Positions 47,964-57,672 of a DNA stretch of 64,000 nt are shown piece by piece. Numbering within the stretch: position 1 is the stretch's first letter; each line of letters begins with the position of its first letter. The position numbers were made by a program, and so were the translations under genes. The notes under the pieces are model-generated. The model had not been told where the DNA came from. It did not search any database and saw nothing but the letters and a program-made list of their open reading frames with translations. This DNA comes from an uncultured Chloroflexia bacterium (GTDB lineage Bacteria; Chloroflexota; Limnocylindria; Limnocylindrales; CSP1-4), in contig CAVYBU010000007.1 of NCBI GenBank assembly GCA_963766735.1, positions 224,001 through 288,000 of the forward strand, in the 5' to 3' direction.

Positions 47964-48770
47964 TCAGGCGATCGGCGGGCCGGCCTCGATCCTGGCCAGC
48001 AGCTCCTCGACCGATCCCCGCTGGGGCGACAGGCTCTCCAGCCACCAGGTGGCGCCCGCCGCCCCGAATGCCGCCACGGCATCCGCCCCGGACGGCTCGG
48101 AGAGCCCGAAGACCGCGATGTCGAAGGGTGCACCGGCCCGTCCCGCCGCGGCCAGCTCATCCCCCATCCGGCCCACCATCGTGGCAAACGCATCCGCCGG
48201 GAGCGTCATCGCCAGGCCGTCGTCGTCGACCGCGATCGCCACCCAGCCGTCCCACCGGGCCGCGCGCCGCAGCGCCCCCGGCCGCATGCCGCCCAACCAG
48301 ATCGGTGGCCGGGGCTCCTGGGCGGGTCTCGGGCCGGTCACCGCGCCGCCCACGCCGCGCAGGTATCCATCGACCAGCGACGCGGTCTCGTCGAACCTCG
48401 CCATCCGATCCCCTGCCTCGAACAATTCGCCGAACGCGGTGAAGTCGCCCGGGTCCCCGCCCGCGCCGATCCCCAGCACGAAACGCCCCCCGCTCCACCG
48501 GTCGAGCGTCGCCGACGCCTGGGCGACCAGCTGCGGACGTCGCCGCGGCAGCGCCACGACCGACAGGATCAGGCGCAGGCGATCGGTCGCGGAGGCGACC
48601 GCCGTCAGCGCCACGAACGGATCCGCGGCCGCGGCGCCCATCGACGTCCCGAGGCTGTCCCAGGTGCTCAGGCCGTCCCAGCCCGCGCGTTCGGCCGCAA
48701 CGGCAAGGCGGACGATCGACGCCGGGTCCGCGAGATCGCCCAGCGGGGCGATGTCGATCGCGTAGCGCAT
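47964..48770 (-). CDS. LLM-class (luciferase-like) flavin/F420-dependent oxidoreductase
   Basis: AERAGWDG, DPFVAL, SGGRFVLGIGAG, PPIWLGG and RAARWDGW. Confidence 0.88.
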   Translation of the reverse strand: MRYAIDIAPLGDLADPASIVRLAVAAERAGWDGLSTWDSLGTSMGAAAADPFVALTAVASATDRLRLILSVVALPRRRPQLVAQASATLDRWSGGRFVLGIGAGGDPGDFTAFGELFEAGDRMARFDETASLVDGYLRGVGGAVTGPRPAQEPRPPIWLGGMRPGALRRAARWDGWVAIAVDDDGLAMTLPADAFATMVGRMGDELAAAGRAGAPFDIAVFGLSEPSGADAVAAFGAAGATWWLESLSPQRGSVEELLARIEAGPPIA

Positions 48771-48779
48771 TGGCTTCCC

Positions 48780-51143
48780 TCAGTAGCCGCGGGTACGGCG
48801 GTTGGGCCGCTGGCCCGTCCGACGCTTGATGTTCGGCGTGACGGTGTGGTCCCACGTGGGCCGGTCCAGCCAGCGAGCCTGCCAGCCGGCGGCGTCCTCG
48901 TCGTCGTGCTCGTCCCGGATCCCCGGGAACAGGTCGGTGGCCACGCCGGACGGGTCCTCCTCCCCGGACGGATCCGCGTTCTCGTTGGTGCCCGGCTCCT
49001 CCCCCGCCCCGAGCACCCTGACCTCGGTCACCTCGAAGGACCCCACCCCTCTCTCGCGCTCCGCGCGATGGGCGGCACCGCGCTCCTTCGCCGGCACCAG
49101 CGCGTCCTTCGCGGCGCGCTCGGCCGCCCGAGCGACCATCACAGACGCGTCCTGCTCCAGCACCCTGAGCCTGACCTGCTGGATCTCGTCCCGCAACGCC
49201 GCGGCCCGCTCGAACTCCAGCTGTTTGGCGGCCGACTTCATCTCGGCCTCCATCCTGGCGACCAGGCGTTCCACCTCGGCCTTGTCCGCGGCCGCCAGCT
49301 GCTGGCCGCGGCGCTCCGAGCTGTACATCACCGTGTTCTCGGCCACCGCACGCAGCCGGTCGTTGATGTCGTGGATGCCCTTGATGATCGTGGCGGGCTC
49401 GATGTCGTGCTCGACGTTGTACCGGGTCTGCACCTCGCGTCGCCGGTTCGTCTCGTCGATCGCGACCCGCATCGACTCCGTGACCCGGTCCGCGTACATC
49501 ACCACCTCGCCGGCGGTGTTGCGGGCGGCCCGGCCGATCATCTGGATCAGCGACCAGGCGCTGCGGAGGAACCCCTCCTTGTCCGCGTCGAGGATCGCGA
49601 CCAGGGTCACCTCCGGCAGATCCAGCCCCTCCCGGAGGAGGTTGATGCCCACCAGCACGTCGTAGACCCCGAGGCGCAGGTCCCGGAGGATGGCGACCCT
49701 TTCCAGCGTGTCCACCTCGCTGTGGAGGTACTGGACCTTGATGCCCAGCTCCTTGAGGTAGTCCGCGAGGTCCTCGGCCATCTTCTTGGTCAGCGTGGTC
49801 ACCAGCGAACGCTCGCCCCGCTCCACGCGTCCGCGGATCTCCTCCAGCAGGTCGTCGATCTGGCCCTCGGTGGGACGCACCGTGATGGGCGGGTCGATGA
49901 TCCCCGTGGGCCGAACCAGCTGCTCGACGATCCGCTCGCTCTTCTCGTGCTCGTACGGGCCCGGCGTCGCCGAGACATAGATCGTCTGGTTGACGTGCGC
50001 CTCGAACTCCTCGAACGTCAGCGGCCGGTTGTCCAGCGCGGACGGGAGCCGGAAGCCGAAGTCGACCAGGATCTCCTTGCGGGTCCGGTCGTTCTTGTAC
50101 ATCCCGACCACCTGCGGGATGGTCATGTGTGACTCATCGACCATCAGCAGCCAGTCCGGCGGGAAGTAGTCCAGGAGCGTCCAGGGCCGGGACCCGGGTT
50201 CCCGCTGGGAGAGGTGTCGCGAGTAGTTCTCGACGCCGCTGCAGTAGCCCAGCTCCCGGAGCATCTCCATGTCGAACGTCGTCCGCTGGCGCAGGCGTGC
50301 CGCCTCCAGGGCGCGGCCCTCGGCCTCCATCTGGCCGACCCGGAGCTCCATCTCCGCCTCGATGTCTGCGACGGCCTGGCCGAGCTTCTCCTTGGGCGTC
50401 ACGAAGTGCGTGGCCGGGAAGACGTTCAGCTCCTTGCGTTCCGCCAGGAGCTCTCCCGTGAGCGGGTCAAGCTCCGTGATCCGCTCCACGTCGTCCCCGA
50501 AGAACTCGACGCGAACGATGATCTCGGAGCTGGCCGGCCCGATCTCCAGCGTGTCCCCGCGGACGCGGAACTTGGCGCGGGTCAGCGAGGCATCGTTGCG
50601 CTGGTACTGGAGGTCAACGAGGTGGCGCAGCACGGCATCCCGCCGGTACTGCCCGCCGACGCGCAGGCGGAGCACGGTGGCGCCGTAGTCCACCGGGGCG
50701 CCCAGGCCGTAGATGCAGGACACGGACGCGACGATGATCACGTCCCGGCGCTCGAACAGCGCGTGGGTGGCGGCGTGGCGGAGGCGGTCGATCTCCTCGT
50801 TCCGGCTGCTGTCCTTCTCGATGTAGGTGTCCGAGCGCGGGAGGTACGCCTCCGGCTGGTAGTAGTCGAAGTAGCTGACGAAGTACTCGACGGCGTTGTC
50901 CGGGAAGAACTCCCGGAACTCGGAGTACAGCTGGGCGGCCAGCGTCTTGTTGTGGGCGAGGACCAGCGTCGGCTTGCCGTGGCGGACGATGGTCTGGGCC
51001 ATCGTGTACGTCTTCCCGGACCCCGTCACGCCCAGCAGGGTCTGGTGGCGGAGGCCGCGGCCGAGCCCGTCCACGAGGCGATCGATGGCCTGTGGCTGGT
51101 CGCCCGTGGGCTCGAACGGAGCGACGAGACGGAAGTCCGGCAC
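48780..51143 (-). CDS. uvrB: Excinuclease ABC subunit B
   Basis: [28 protein letters not shown] and FERAAALRD. Confidence 0.98.
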   Translation of the reverse strand: MPDFRLVAPFEPTGDQPQAIDRLVDGLGRGLRHQTLLGVTGSGKTYTMAQTIVRHGKPTLVLAHNKTLAAQLYSEFREFFPDNAVEYFVSYFDYYQPEAYLPRSDTYIEKDSSRNEEIDRLRHAATHALFERRDVIIVASVSCIYGLGAPVDYGATVLRLRVGGQYRRDAVLRHLVDLQYQRNDASLTRAKFRVRGDTLEIGPASSEIIVRVEFFGDDVERITELDPLTGELLAERKELNVFPATHFVTPKEKLGQAVADIEAEMELRVGQMEAEGRALEAARLRQRTTFDMEMLRELGYCSGVENYSRHLSQREPGSRPWTLLDYFPPDWLLMVDESHMTIPQVVGMYKNDRTRKEILVDFGFRLPSALDNRPLTFEEFEAHVNQTIYVSATPGPYEHEKSERIVEQLVRPTGIIDPPITVRPTEGQIDDLLEEIRGRVERGERSLVTTLTKKMAEDLADYLKELGIKVQYLHSEVDTLERVAILRDLRLGVYDVLVGINLLREGLDLPEVTLVAILDADKEGFLRSAWSLIQMIGRAARNTAGEVVMYADRVTESMRVAIDETNRRREVQTRYNVEHDIEPATIIKGIHDINDRLRAVAENTVMYSSERRGQQLAAADKAEVERLVARMEAEMKSAAKQLEFERAAALRDEIQQVRLRVLEQDASVMVARAAERAAKDALVPAKERGAAHRAERERGVGSFEVTEVRVLGAGEEPGTNENADPSGEEDPSGVATDLFPGIRDEHDDEDAAGWQARWLDRPTWDHTVTPNIKRRTGQRPNRRTRGY

Positions 51144-51176
51144 GCGCGGATCCTACCACGCGAACCCTCCCGAGAT

Positions 51177-51190
51177 AGAACGTCCGTTCG
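51177..51190. promoter_or_regulatory. LexA (SOS) box upstream of uvrB
   Basis: AGAAC-GTCC-GTTCG; extended -10 TGgTAGGAT at 51150-51158 on the minus strand. Confidence 0.8.
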
Positions 51191-51309
51191 ACGTCCGAGG
51201 AGGCCGCCGGAAGAGAGACCGTACCGGGACCAACGACCCATTTCCTCGCCGGTGGGGCTCGCGGACACTTCGGGTACCAAGCCACCCCCGGAGTTACCGC
51301 AAGGCCCCG

Positions 51310-51897
51310 ATGCCTACCCCGCTGCGCCGTACCGATTCCGCGTGCGTGGCCGCGCCGCGCCGGTCGATGCTGCGCCGGCGCCGCTCCGGAGAAGGCGGCC
51401 AGGCGCTGGTCGAGTTCTCGCTGATCCTGACCCCGCTCCTGTTCCTGCTTCTCGGCGTGGTCCAGTTCGGCTTCATCTTCAACTCCTACATCACGGTCTC
51501 CACCGCGGCCCGCGAGGCAGCGCGTGAGGGTTCCATCTACGTCTACGACCGTACGGTCGCCCAGGCCGTGAACGACGCGGCCCGGAACGAGCGCATCCGC
51601 TCGTCGCTGCTCGCGTCGCTCAATGGCCTGGCCACGACAGCACCCAACCTGGCGAACGGCACGACCTGGACGTCGGCCTCGTCGGGCACGACGACGACCT
51701 ACACCAACGGCGACATCACCGTCACCTATGCGCTACCGGGTTCCGTGACCGCCAACGACACGCGACAGGGCTACAGGGTCACCGTCCGAGCGACCTACCA
51801 CCAGGACCTCGTGATCCCCCTGGTCAGCGTGTTCCTCCCCCAGGACGCAGGCGGCCGCCTTCCCCTCGCGGGCGAAGTGACCATGGTGATCAACTGA
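51310..51897 (+). CDS. tadE: TadE-family pseudopilin
   Basis: Prepilin motif GQALVEFSLI and AAREAAR. The start could be 51367. Confidence 0.88.
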   Translation: MPTPLRRTDSACVAAPRRSMLRRRRSGEGGQALVEFSLILTPLLFLLLGVVQFGFIFNSYITVSTAAREAAREGSIYVYDRTVAQAVNDAARNERIRSSLLASLNGLATTAPNLANGTTWTSASSGTTTTYTNGDITVTYALPGSVTANDTRQGYRVTVRATYHQDLVIPLVSVFLPQDAGGRLPLAGEVTMVIN

Positions 51898-51899
51898 CC

Positions 51900-53846
51900 A
51901 TGCGAACGCCCGCCGCGACCATCGCAAACCCGAAGGAGGCCGGGCAGGTCCTGGTCATCTTCGTGTTCGCGCTGGTGACGCTGATGGCGGCCGCCGGGCT
52001 CGCCATCGACATGGGCCGGTTCTACTCGGAGCGGCGGTTCCTGCAGAATGCCGCGGACGCCGCCGCCCTCGCGGCCGGCAACGTGCTGGTTCGGGGCGGC
52101 ACCGAGGATGCCGCCCGCACCGAGGCGCGGGCCGTGCTCGCACGCAACTTCAGCATCCCTCCCAATGGCATCGTCCCGACGCTGCCACCTGCCGACGACG
52201 ACGACGCCGTCTACCAGGCCGGCCACGCGGGCGATCCCGGCTTCGTGATCGACGGGATCCTGATCTCGGGCGGCTCGGTGCGGGTCGCGATCCGCAACAC
52301 CATCCCCTACACCTTTGGACGGGCGGTCGGCCTCGATACCAACACGATCGTCGCCCAGGCCCGGATCCGGTTCGATGGGGACCTCCTCCCGATCGCCGTC
52401 CGTCGCTTCATCAAGGCCCCCGGCACGAACGGCGGCGCGGCGCCCTGTGTCGACGACTTCAACAGCTTCATGGACTTCTTTGCCACGGCGAACACCTCCT
52501 GCCTCGGCACGGACTCGAACGGCAGCTCGCGCACGAGCCCGAGCGCCGGCTCGGCGTTCAACGCCGCGATCCCGGACGACGACCGGAGCAGCCACGGCCC
52601 GGTCGTGGAGATCCTCGGCCAGGGCGCCGACCCGGACAACGGGGCCGACTTCCGCGGCTTCGTCGCCCTCGACACCCGCAACTTCCAGACGTCGTCGTCG
52701 CAGATCTACTACAACGGCGTGACCCCGTCCACGAACGCGCAGACGCTCAAGGACATGCAGGCGCAGTGGTTCCTTGACGGCGGCTACCCGGGACCCTTGT
52801 TCCCAGCCGTCGTGTCACCGCCCGACCCCAACGACCAGGTCGCGACGATGAGCGGGAACTCGGCAGGCATCGCGGTCGGGGCCTTCGGAGAGCGATACGC
52901 GCCTGGCGACGAGATCCTGGTGGCCGTGTACTCGGGCGTGACCATGCAGATCCCGGACTTCTCGATGTCCAGTCCAGGCAACGTCGGCGTGGCGGCCACC
53001 GGCGTCACCGCCAACGCCGGCTCGTTCCGCGTGAGCCGCAACCAGGCCTTCAGCGGTGTCGTGGCCCTCACGACCGTCGCCGATGCCAATGACCCGGCCA
53101 ACCCCCTGGTCCTGGGCACGATGCTCAACCCGACCGGCCCCATCACCTACAGCCCCAACCCGGTCACGCCGTCCCTCGGGGCCGGGGCGAGCGTGGCGAT
53201 GCAGAACATCGCGATGTCCGGTGCAACGGAAGGCGTCTACGCGCTCTGGCTCATGGGCCAGGCCGGCAGCCCCTACCTGACGACCAAGTACACGCCCTTC
53301 GCCCTGCAGGTCGGGTCCGTGAACAAGGACTTCTCGTTCACGTCGGATTCGAGCGAGCAGACGGCGGCCGCGGCCGGCAATCCCGTCTCGTTCACCCTCA
53401 ACCTCAAGCGGTCCGGCGGGGCTTTCGGCGGCGGCGTCAACCTCTCGCTGGAGGCAATGCCCGGCGAGACCCTGCCGTCCGGCCTCGGGGGCGTCACGTT
53501 CTCGCCCGCGATCGTCACCCCGGCGAACGGCTCCGGGGCGAGCTCAGCGCTCACGATCGGCACCGGGACCCTGGCCCCGGGCCGCTACCAGTTCGTCGTA
53601 CGCGCGACCGGCACGAACGGCGACGCGCGCACGGTCACCCGCCTGATGATCCTGACGGTGTACGTCGCGACGTCGTCATCCGGCGGCAACCAGGAATACG
53701 TCGACATCGTCGGCTTCGCGGTCATGCGCGTGGCGGCGATCACCTCCAACAGCGTCACGGCCTACGCGATCACCCCCGTGATCACGGACCCGTCGGACTC
53801 CCGGCTGCGCCGCGGTCAGGTGGCACGGCTGGCGCCCTGGAACTAG
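51900..53846 (+). CDS. TadG-like protein (Tad N-terminal domain plus Ig-like beta-rich domains)
   Basis: GQVLVIF...GLAIDMG...LQNAADAAALA. Confidence 0.85.
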   Translation: MRTPAATIANPKEAGQVLVIFVFALVTLMAAAGLAIDMGRFYSERRFLQNAADAAALAAGNVLVRGGTEDAARTEARAVLARNFSIPPNGIVPTLPPADDDDAVYQAGHAGDPGFVIDGILISGGSVRVAIRNTIPYTFGRAVGLDTNTIVAQARIRFDGDLLPIAVRRFIKAPGTNGGAAPCVDDFNSFMDFFATANTSCLGTDSNGSSRTSPSAGSAFNAAIPDDDRSSHGPVVEILGQGADPDNGADFRGFVALDTRNFQTSSSQIYYNGVTPSTNAQTLKDMQAQWFLDGGYPGPLFPAVVSPPDPNDQVATMSGNSAGIAVGAFGERYAPGDEILVAVYSGVTMQIPDFSMSSPGNVGVAATGVTANAGSFRVSRNQAFSGVVALTTVADANDPANPLVLGTMLNPTGPITYSPNPVTPSLGAGASVAMQNIAMSGATEGVYALWLMGQAGSPYLTTKYTPFALQVGSVNKDFSFTSDSSEQTAAAAGNPVSFTLNLKRSGGAFGGGVNLSLEAMPGETLPSGLGGVTFSPAIVTPANGSGASSALTIGTGTLAPGRYQFVVRATGTNGDARTVTRLMILTVYVATSSSGGNQEYVDIVGFAVMRVAAITSNSVTAYAITPVITDPSDSRLRRGQVARLAPWN

Positions 53847-53918
53847 CCGGCTCGGGCGCGGCACACCCAATCGGGCGGCGCAGGGGCGTCGACCCCCACG
53901 TCTCGGGAGGCGCAAGCG

Positions 53919-54857
53919 ATGGAGATGGAATACAGGGACCCGTCCCGAAAAGGCCGCTGGATCGTCCTGCTCGGCGTGGTCCTGGCGCTGGGCGCCGGTG
54001 GGGCCGCGTTCTTCCTGATCAACACGGCCCAGCAGCAGGCGGGCCAATCCGGCCTCAAGTACACCAAGGCCGTGGTCGCGGTCCTCGAGATCCCGGCCCG
54101 CAAGCCGATCGAGGCGGCCGACATCGCGGTCCGCGAGGACATCCCGCTGGATGGCACCAACGCGTCCGGCCTCATCGCGGACCCGAACGAGCTCATCGGC
54201 CGGATCCTGGCGGTTGACGTCAAGCCGGGCCAGCTGGTCACAACGAACCTCCTGGCCTCCACGACGGCCGGCGGCCAGTTCTCGATCCTCAAGCCCGACG
54301 AGACCGTGGCACCGGACTCCGAGGCATGGCGCGCCATCTCGCTCACGGTGTCGGACGACCGTGCGGTCGGCGGCCTGCTCGGCGCGGGGATGACGGTCGA
54401 TGTGTTCATGACCGCCACGGTCAACGTGATGCAGCCGGCGGCGGGCCCCGGCGTGTCAGCCCCGGAGCCCAGCTTCACCAACTACTACACGGACCGCTCC
54501 ACCAAGATCACCTACCAGGACATGGTGATCCTCTCCCGCCAGGGCACGTACTACATCGTGAAGGCTCCATTGGTGGTCGCGGAGGAAATCAGCCACCTCC
54601 AGGCGGCGGGCAATGCCCAGTTCAGCCTCGCCCTCCGGCCCGACCAGGACACGCGCGTCCTCGACGTGTCGGCGCTGGGGGCGACCACCAACCGCATCAT
54701 CGAGCGGTACGGCCTGCCGATCCCGGAGAACTTCCCCAAGGTCAACGGCCCGATCAAGAGCCCGCCCCCGATCCCGGAGGTCACCCCGGCGCCCTCCGTG
54801 GCGCCCTCAGGAGCACCGGACGCCTCCCCGGCAGCCTCGCCGAGCCCTGGGAGCTGA
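53919..54857 (+). CDS. cpaB: Flp pilus assembly protein CpaB/RcpC
   Basis: One TM, SAF domain (VVAVLEIPA...LIGRILAVDVKPGQLV) and RAISL...AVGGLLGAGMTVDV. Confidence 0.85.
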   Translation: MEMEYRDPSRKGRWIVLLGVVLALGAGGAAFFLINTAQQQAGQSGLKYTKAVVAVLEIPARKPIEAADIAVREDIPLDGTNASGLIADPNELIGRILAVDVKPGQLVTTNLLASTTAGGQFSILKPDETVAPDSEAWRAISLTVSDDRAVGGLLGAGMTVDVFMTATVNVMQPAAGPGVSAPEPSFTNYYTDRSTKITYQDMVILSRQGTYYIVKAPLVVAEEISHLQAAGNAQFSLALRPDQDTRVLDVSALGATTNRIIERYGLPIPENFPKVNGPIKSPPPIPEVTPAPSVAPSGAPDASPAASPSPGS

Positions 54858-54963
54858 TCGGATCTGCCCGAGCCCGTCCGCCCGAGCGGCGGTCGATCAC
54901 GGGCAGCGGCCCCAGAGGACCTCGCTTGCTCCGTCGCGTGCCGCTGACCCGGCGCGCCTCCCA

Positions 54964-54993
54964 CCGCCCGGCCGGGTTCGCCCGGCCGGGCGG
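54964..54993. terminator. 13-bp hairpin with a TTCG loop between convergent cpaB and coaE
   Basis: CCGCCCGGCCGGG-TTCG-CCCGGCCGGGCGG. Confidence 0.6.
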
Positions 54994-55027
54994 CTTCCGA
55001 ACCGCCGCCGCGCCGAACATCGTGGCC

Positions 55028-55648
55028 TCAGCGTGCGGAGCGCAGGGCCTCCGCGAGAGCCGCGACCACGAGGGATCTCGTCTCAGCGGGCGAGCCGCTC
55101 GTGTCGAGGACCCACGTCGCGGCCGGCCGCAGGCGATCCGCAAGGCCGGCCTGGGCCGCGATCCGCTGGTCCGCATCCGCCTCCGGCGTTCCCCGGCCGA
55201 CGAGTCGTTCGCGCTGCGCCACAGGGTCGCAGACCACCAGCCAGACCTGGTCGCACGTGGCCGCCAGCCCGCCCTCGACCAGCTTGATCGCCTCGATCGC
55301 CACAGCTGGCGCGCCGGCCGTCTCCGCGGCCTCGATCGCCTCGACGATGCGCGGCCGGACGGCAGGGTGAACGATCTGCTCGAGGTTGCGGAGGGCGACC
55401 GGGTCCGAGAACACGATCCGGCCGAGCGCCGCGCGATCCAGAGTCCCGTCCGGGCCGGTCACCGCCGCCCCGAACCTCCGGATGACGAGGTCGTGGGCGG
55501 GATGCCCCGGGGCCGTGACCGACTGCGAGATCCGGTCCGCGTCCACGACGTGGACGCCCAGCTCAGCGAGCCACCGGACGACCTGCGACTTGCCGCAGCC
55601 GATCGGTCCCGTGATCCCGATACGGACGGTGCGCGGTCTGGTCGTCAC
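55028..55648 (-). CDS. coaE: Dephospho-CoA kinase
   Basis: GTG start; IGITGPIGCGKS, LDRAALGRIVF and LEQIVHP. Confidence 0.95.
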   Translation of the reverse strand: MTTRPRTVRIGITGPIGCGKSQVVRWLAELGVHVVDADRISQSVTAPGHPAHDLVIRRFGAAVTGPDGTLDRAALGRIVFSDPVALRNLEQIVHPAVRPRIVEAIEAAETAGAPAVAIEAIKLVEGGLAATCDQVWLVVCDPVAQRERLVGRGTPEADADQRIAAQAGLADRLRPAATWVLDTSGSPAETRSLVVAALAEALRSAR

Positions 55649-57672
55649 GGTGCCTGCTCCTCCAGCTGCAGCCAGGCATCCTCGGCCTCCGCCAGGCCCC
55701 GTTCCACGTCGGCAAGCTCGCTTGTCACGCGTCGCATCTCCACGAAGTTGGCGGCCACGGCCGAGGATGTCATCGCCAGCTCCAGCTGCGTCTTGCGGAG
55801 GCCAAGGCGGGCGAGCTCTGCGTCGAGCACCTCGCGTCGACGACGATACGCGTCCTTGGACAGCTTCGTGCGGGACTTCGGGCGCCCGGCGGGCTTGGGC
55901 TTGACCGTGGAGACAGGTTCGACCGTCCCGGGCACGGCCGTGGGCGCCGATCGACGTGCCGGTGTGGCGGTTGCCGGGCGGCCGCGGTGGGCCCGCCGCT
56001 TCGCCTCCGCCTCCACCGTCCAGCCCTCGGCGACGGCCGCCCGCCACGCCCGGTAGCCGCCGTCGAACGGGACGGCCAGGGCGCCGTCCACAACCCACAG
56101 CTTCTCGCAGATCGTCTCCAGCAGGCGCCGATCGTGGGAGACGACGATGAGCGTGGCCGCGTTCTCGATCAGGAACGCCTCGATCGCCTCCCGCGCCGCG
56201 ATGTCCAGGTGGTTCGTGGGTTCGTCGAGGAGCATCAGGTTGGACGGCAGGATCCCGAGCAGCGCCAGCTCGAGGCGCGACCGCTCCCCGCCGGACAGCG
56301 AGCGCACCTCCTTGAACGCGTCGTCGCCACGGAACAGGAAGCGGGCCAGGTACCCGCGCGCCTCGCCGGGCGTGAGCGGGACCGTCTCCATGATCGCGTC
56401 GAGCACCGTGGCGCCCGGGATGGCCGCGTCCCGCAGCTGGGCGAGATAGGAGGGCTGGACCTGGTGGCCGAACGTGAGCGCACCATCGAGCGGCGGCAGG
56501 TCACCGGCGATCGTGCGCAACAGCGTGGTCTTGCCTGCCCCGTTCGGCCCCACGATGCCGATCCGCTCTCCGCGCTGGGCCGCGAGGAACGGCGCGACCG
56601 CCACCGTCACGGGCTCCGGGGCATCGGTCCCATCCGGGAGAAGCGCGCCGCGGCCCGGCAGGTACCCGACGGCAAGGCCCTCCAGGCGGATGACGAGCTC
56701 CCCGGACCGAACGGGCCCGCCCGCCAGCGCCCGGCCATGAAGGCGGAGGGAACGGGAGGACTTCCGCGGCGCCTCGAGCTTCCCCTCGCGGAGCCGCTCC
56801 AGCCTCGCCTCGTGCTCGTGCATCTTGGTGTGCTTGCGCTGGCTGCGGTAGCGCTGGACCAGCTCAACCTCGCGCTCGATCTGCTGCGCCTGGCTCTCGG
56901 CGTCCTTCTCGGCGCGCGCGTCGCGCTCCACGCGCTGGCGGTGGTAGCTCGAATAGTCGCCGCGGAACACGGTGAGCTTCCGGTCCCGCAGCTCCCAGAC
57001 GCGGGCGACGGTGGCGTCCAGGAACGCCCGGTCGTGGGAGGCGACCAGGAGCGCGCCCGACCGGCGACGGAGGTGCTCCTCCAACCACTCGATCGCCCCG
57101 ATGTCGAGGTGGTTCGTGGGCTCGTCGAGCATCAGCAGGTCAGGGTCCGAGATGACCAGCCGGGCGAGCGCCGCCCGGGTCTGCTGGCCGCCCGAGAGGG
57201 CGGTGGGCGGGCGAAGCCACTCGTCGCGGGCGAAGCCAAGCCCCGAGAGCGCCTCGTCCACGCGCTGGTCGAGGGTGTAGCCACCAAGGACGTCGAACGT
57301 GTGCTGGAGGTCCGCGTAGTTCCGTCCGGCCGCGTGACCGCCATGCTCCAGGCGCCCGAGCTCCTCCGCCATCCGCTCGAGGTGGGCCGCGCCGTGCCGG
57401 ATCGCGGCGCGCAGGTCCGGCGCGGCCATGAACGCCTCGTCGAAGTGGGCCTCCTGGCTCAGCAGGCCGAAGGAAAGCCCGCGCCGGCGCGTGACGGTCC
57501 CGCGGTCTGCCTCGTCGCGCCCGGCCACGATGCGCAGGAGCGTGGTCTTGCCGGCGCCATTGGGGCCCACGAGGCCGATGCGCTCGCCGGGCGCGACCGC
57601 CCCCGTGACCTGGTCGAGGATGACGAACGTGCCGACCTCCCGGACGACGCCCTCCAGCCGGACGAGGCTCAC
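55645..57672 (-). CDS. ABC-F family ATPase (Uup-like)
   Basis: Two ABC domains (GPNGAGKT, LSGG, LDEPTNHLD), no TM segments, C-terminal coiled coil. Confidence 0.92.
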   Translation of the reverse strand: MSLVRLEGVVREVGTFVILDQVTGAVAPGERIGLVGPNGAGKTTLLRIVAGRDEADRGTVTRRRGLSFGLLSQEAHFDEAFMAAPDLRAAIRHGAAHLERMAEELGRLEHGGHAAGRNYADLQHTFDVLGGYTLDQRVDEALSGLGFARDEWLRPPTALSGGQQTRAALARLVISDPDLLMLDEPTNHLDIGAIEWLEEHLRRRSGALLVASHDRAFLDATVARVWELRDRKLTVFRGDYSSYHRQRVERDARAEKDAESQAQQIEREVELVQRYRSQRKHTKMHEHEARLERLREGKLEAPRKSSRSLRLHGRALAGGPVRSGELVIRLEGLAVGYLPGRGALLPDGTDAPEPVTVAVAPFLAAQRGERIGIVGPNGAGKTTLLRTIAGDLPPLDGALTFGHQVQPSYLAQLRDAAIPGATVLDAIMETVPLTPGEARGYLARFLFRGDDAFKEVRSLSGGERSRLELALLGILPSNLMLLDEPTNHLDIAAREAIEAFLIENAATLIVVSHDRRLLETICEKLWVVDGALAVPFDGGYRAWRAAVAEGWTVEAEAKRRAHRGRPATATPARRSAPTAVPGTVEPVSTVKPKPAGRPKSRTKLSKDAYRRRREVLDAELARLGLRKTQLELAMTSSAVAANFVEMRRVTSELADVERGLAEAEDAWLQLEEQAP

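Noticed and set aside
51190-51309. c-di-GMP-I riboswitch before tadE (ends in CCGGAGTTACCG with a possible hairpin)
   Set aside because: The characteristic GGCAAA and GACGCAAAG elements are missing. An Rfam scan would settle it.
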